The notes beneath the pieces were generated by a model. The model was not told where the DNA came from. It was given only the letters and a program-made list of their open reading frames with translations, and did no database searches. Both the position numbers and the translations under genes were made by a program. From Gammaproteobacteria bacterium (lineage in GTDB: Bacteria; Pseudomonadota; Gammaproteobacteria; Eutrophobiales; Eutrophobiaceae), in the NCBI GenBank assembly GCA_963422205.2, contig CAXMWX010000012.1, forward strand, positions 96,001 to 160,000: DNA of 64,000 nt, written 5' to 3'. Within the stretch, counting starts at the first letter, position 1. Each line of letters begins with the position of its first letter. Positions 62,701 through 64,000 of this stretch are shown here, in pieces.

Positions 62701-63294
62701 ATGAGCGATCAGGGGAAATCTGAAACTGGTGCAAACAAAAATCAGTCAGATGAGTTGGTCACAGTGAATATCGCCGGCCCAGTAGATATTCGCCCCCATG
62801 AATCTCGCATTGAGAAGTCTTTCAAATATCTGGCGCTTGTCATATCGGTAGCAGCCTTAATCATTTCTGGCTTGACTGCCTACTGGTCTCGACAGGCCAA
62901 TATTCTTTCAGTGCGACCGAAGCTGAATTATCACTATCAGAAATCGGTATCGAATAATGATGATTTGGTTGGTCTGTTTCTTGATAATGCGGGAGTAGGC
63001 CCCGCTGTGATCAAGTTGTTCCAGATTAAGTATAAAGGGCAATATGTCGACAATTGGGATAATGTTGTCCAGCCTCTATTACACAAGGTTTTCATTGAAA
63101 ACCGACCGAGCTACAACACTTTGTTTGAAGATGACATGATGAAGGTAGGGGGGTGTCTTAATCTGTTGACCACACCTCAGAAAAGAATAGCAAAGGGAAA
63201 TGGTCGTGACCTTATGAATGATCTTTTTCAGAAGCAGCTTGATGTAGAGATTGTGTATTGCTCAATTTATGACATTTGTTACCGCACATGCTGA
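62701..63294 (+). CDS. Single-TM hypothetical protein (prophage accessory gene)
   Basis: TM ALVISVAALIISGL, then SVRP.L and N.G.GPA.I; AT-rich. Confidence 0.65.
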   Translation: MSDQGKSETGANKNQSDELVTVNIAGPVDIRPHESRIEKSFKYLALVISVAALIISGLTAYWSRQANILSVRPKLNYHYQKSVSNNDDLVGLFLDNAGVGPAVIKLFQIKYKGQYVDNWDNVVQPLLHKVFIENRPSYNTLFEDDMMKVGGCLNLLTTPQKRIAKGNGRDLMNDLFQKQLDVEIVYCSIYDICYRTC

Positions 63295-63459
63295 CTGAAT
63301 CCGGAGTGCAAAAACAAGGCAATACCGATCGGGAAATACAGGGCTTATCAAAAATAAGCTGGCCAGTGACCTATTCAATAAGGAAACGTGTTATCTAATA
63401 GAGCTTAGGACTAACTTCAAACATTCAATTACTTATCTAATGTATAGGGGGAGAAAGTC

Positions 63460-64000
63460 ATGCGATATCTGTTAATTCTGCTGTTTTCGTTATTTATTTC
63501 CGTGGAAATTTATAGCAACGAGGAAATAAGCAGAAGCGGTGGCGGCGAACCAATCTCATATAGACCATATAGCGTTGGCGGTGGCGGCGAGGAGATCCCA
63601 CCTAAAGACTGGCAAGGCTTAATGATAGCCCCTGAAAATCGCTGTTCACCTTACGATAAGAAAAAGGACTATCCCTACACACAGTCGGTTGAGCAGCAGA
63701 TTGTCGCTGAGATGGGTGGTCGTATTTATGGCCCTTACACAGGGCGGACATTCACCGATACGGGGCAGACCGATATTGAGCATATCGTGGCTGCTTCGGA
63801 GGCGCATGACAGCGGCTTGTGTGCAGCGAGTGCAGCAACCCGAAAGGCATTTGCTCAAGACACGCTTAACCTGACGCTGGCCAGCCCAGAAGTGAACCGC
63901 TATCAAAAGCGTGGCAAGGATGCAGCCGAGTGGCTACCGGACAAAAACCAGTGCTGGTTTGCTGATCGCATTGTTCAGGTGCGGCAGAAGTATCATCTCA
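63460..64000 (+). CDS. Secreted DUF1524/HNH-type nuclease (3'-truncated, not in ORF track)
   Basis: GGAG RBS; signal peptide MRYLLILLFSLFIS; DIEHIVAASEAHDSG..FAQD.LNL....VNR..K..KDAAEWLP. Confidence 0.75.
   Translation, partial: MRYLLILLFSLFISVEIYSNEEISRSGGGEPISYRPYSVGGGGEEIPPKDWQGLMIAPENRCSPYDKKKDYPYTQSVEQQIVAEMGGRIYGPYTGRTFTDTGQTDIEHIVAASEAHDSGLCAASAATRKAFAQDTLNLTLASPEVNRYQKRGKDAAEWLPDKNQCWFADRIVQVRQKYHL

Larger units (their letters stand above)
50657..64000. mobile_element. Mu-like transposable prophage, left end and early region (B3/BcepMu-type layout), probably defective
   Basis: mor, gemA, gam-like, B, A and ner-like genes leftward, cI rightward; candidate TG end at 50657; boundary is approximate. 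Confidence 0.85.

Overview
A GC-rich gammaproteobacterial chromosomal window with five parts. (1) 1-4.4 kb: a TonB-dependent receptor, a decayed outer-membrane protein gene and a CNNM/CBS gene. (2) 4.4-12.3 kb: six co-oriented defence genes, namely a Panacea antitoxin, a small membrane protein, a type III Mod, a nested ABC-ATPase plus PD-(D/E)XK nuclease pair, and Res. The mod gene carries an exact 327-bp in-frame insert that encodes a GIY-YIG nuclease and is bounded by 10-bp inverted repeats (CCTGCCTGCC...GGCAGGCAGG). Removing it cleanly restores the Mod frame, and it has no intein or transposase hallmarks. This is the best candidate for an undescribed system. (3) 14-26 kb: a nonulosonic-acid (probably KDN-type) surface glycan cluster with long G/C homopolymer tracts and palindromic repeats, ending at tRNA-Pro(CGG). 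(4) 26-37 kb: a decaying accessory region (TBDR, AKR pseudogene, SnoaL, iorAB, wrbA remnant, NucS/DUF5655-like gene, DUF4258/DUF2283, NYN remnants, GT10). Core genes follow: katG, thioesterase, dapB, dnaJ, dnaK, grpE, hrcA, nadK, recN, fur, bamE, with CIRCE, sigma32 and OxyR-type sites. (5) 50.65-64 kb: the left part of a Mu-like (B3/BcepMu-type layout) transposable prophage with nonsense codons in its transposase and DUF5131 genes and three genes with internal tandem duplications. Single-base frameshifts in dapB, dnaJ and iorAB suggest homopolymer sequencing errors, so the phase-variation calls need read-level checks. All family assignments are from motif recognition by eye; no database search was run.
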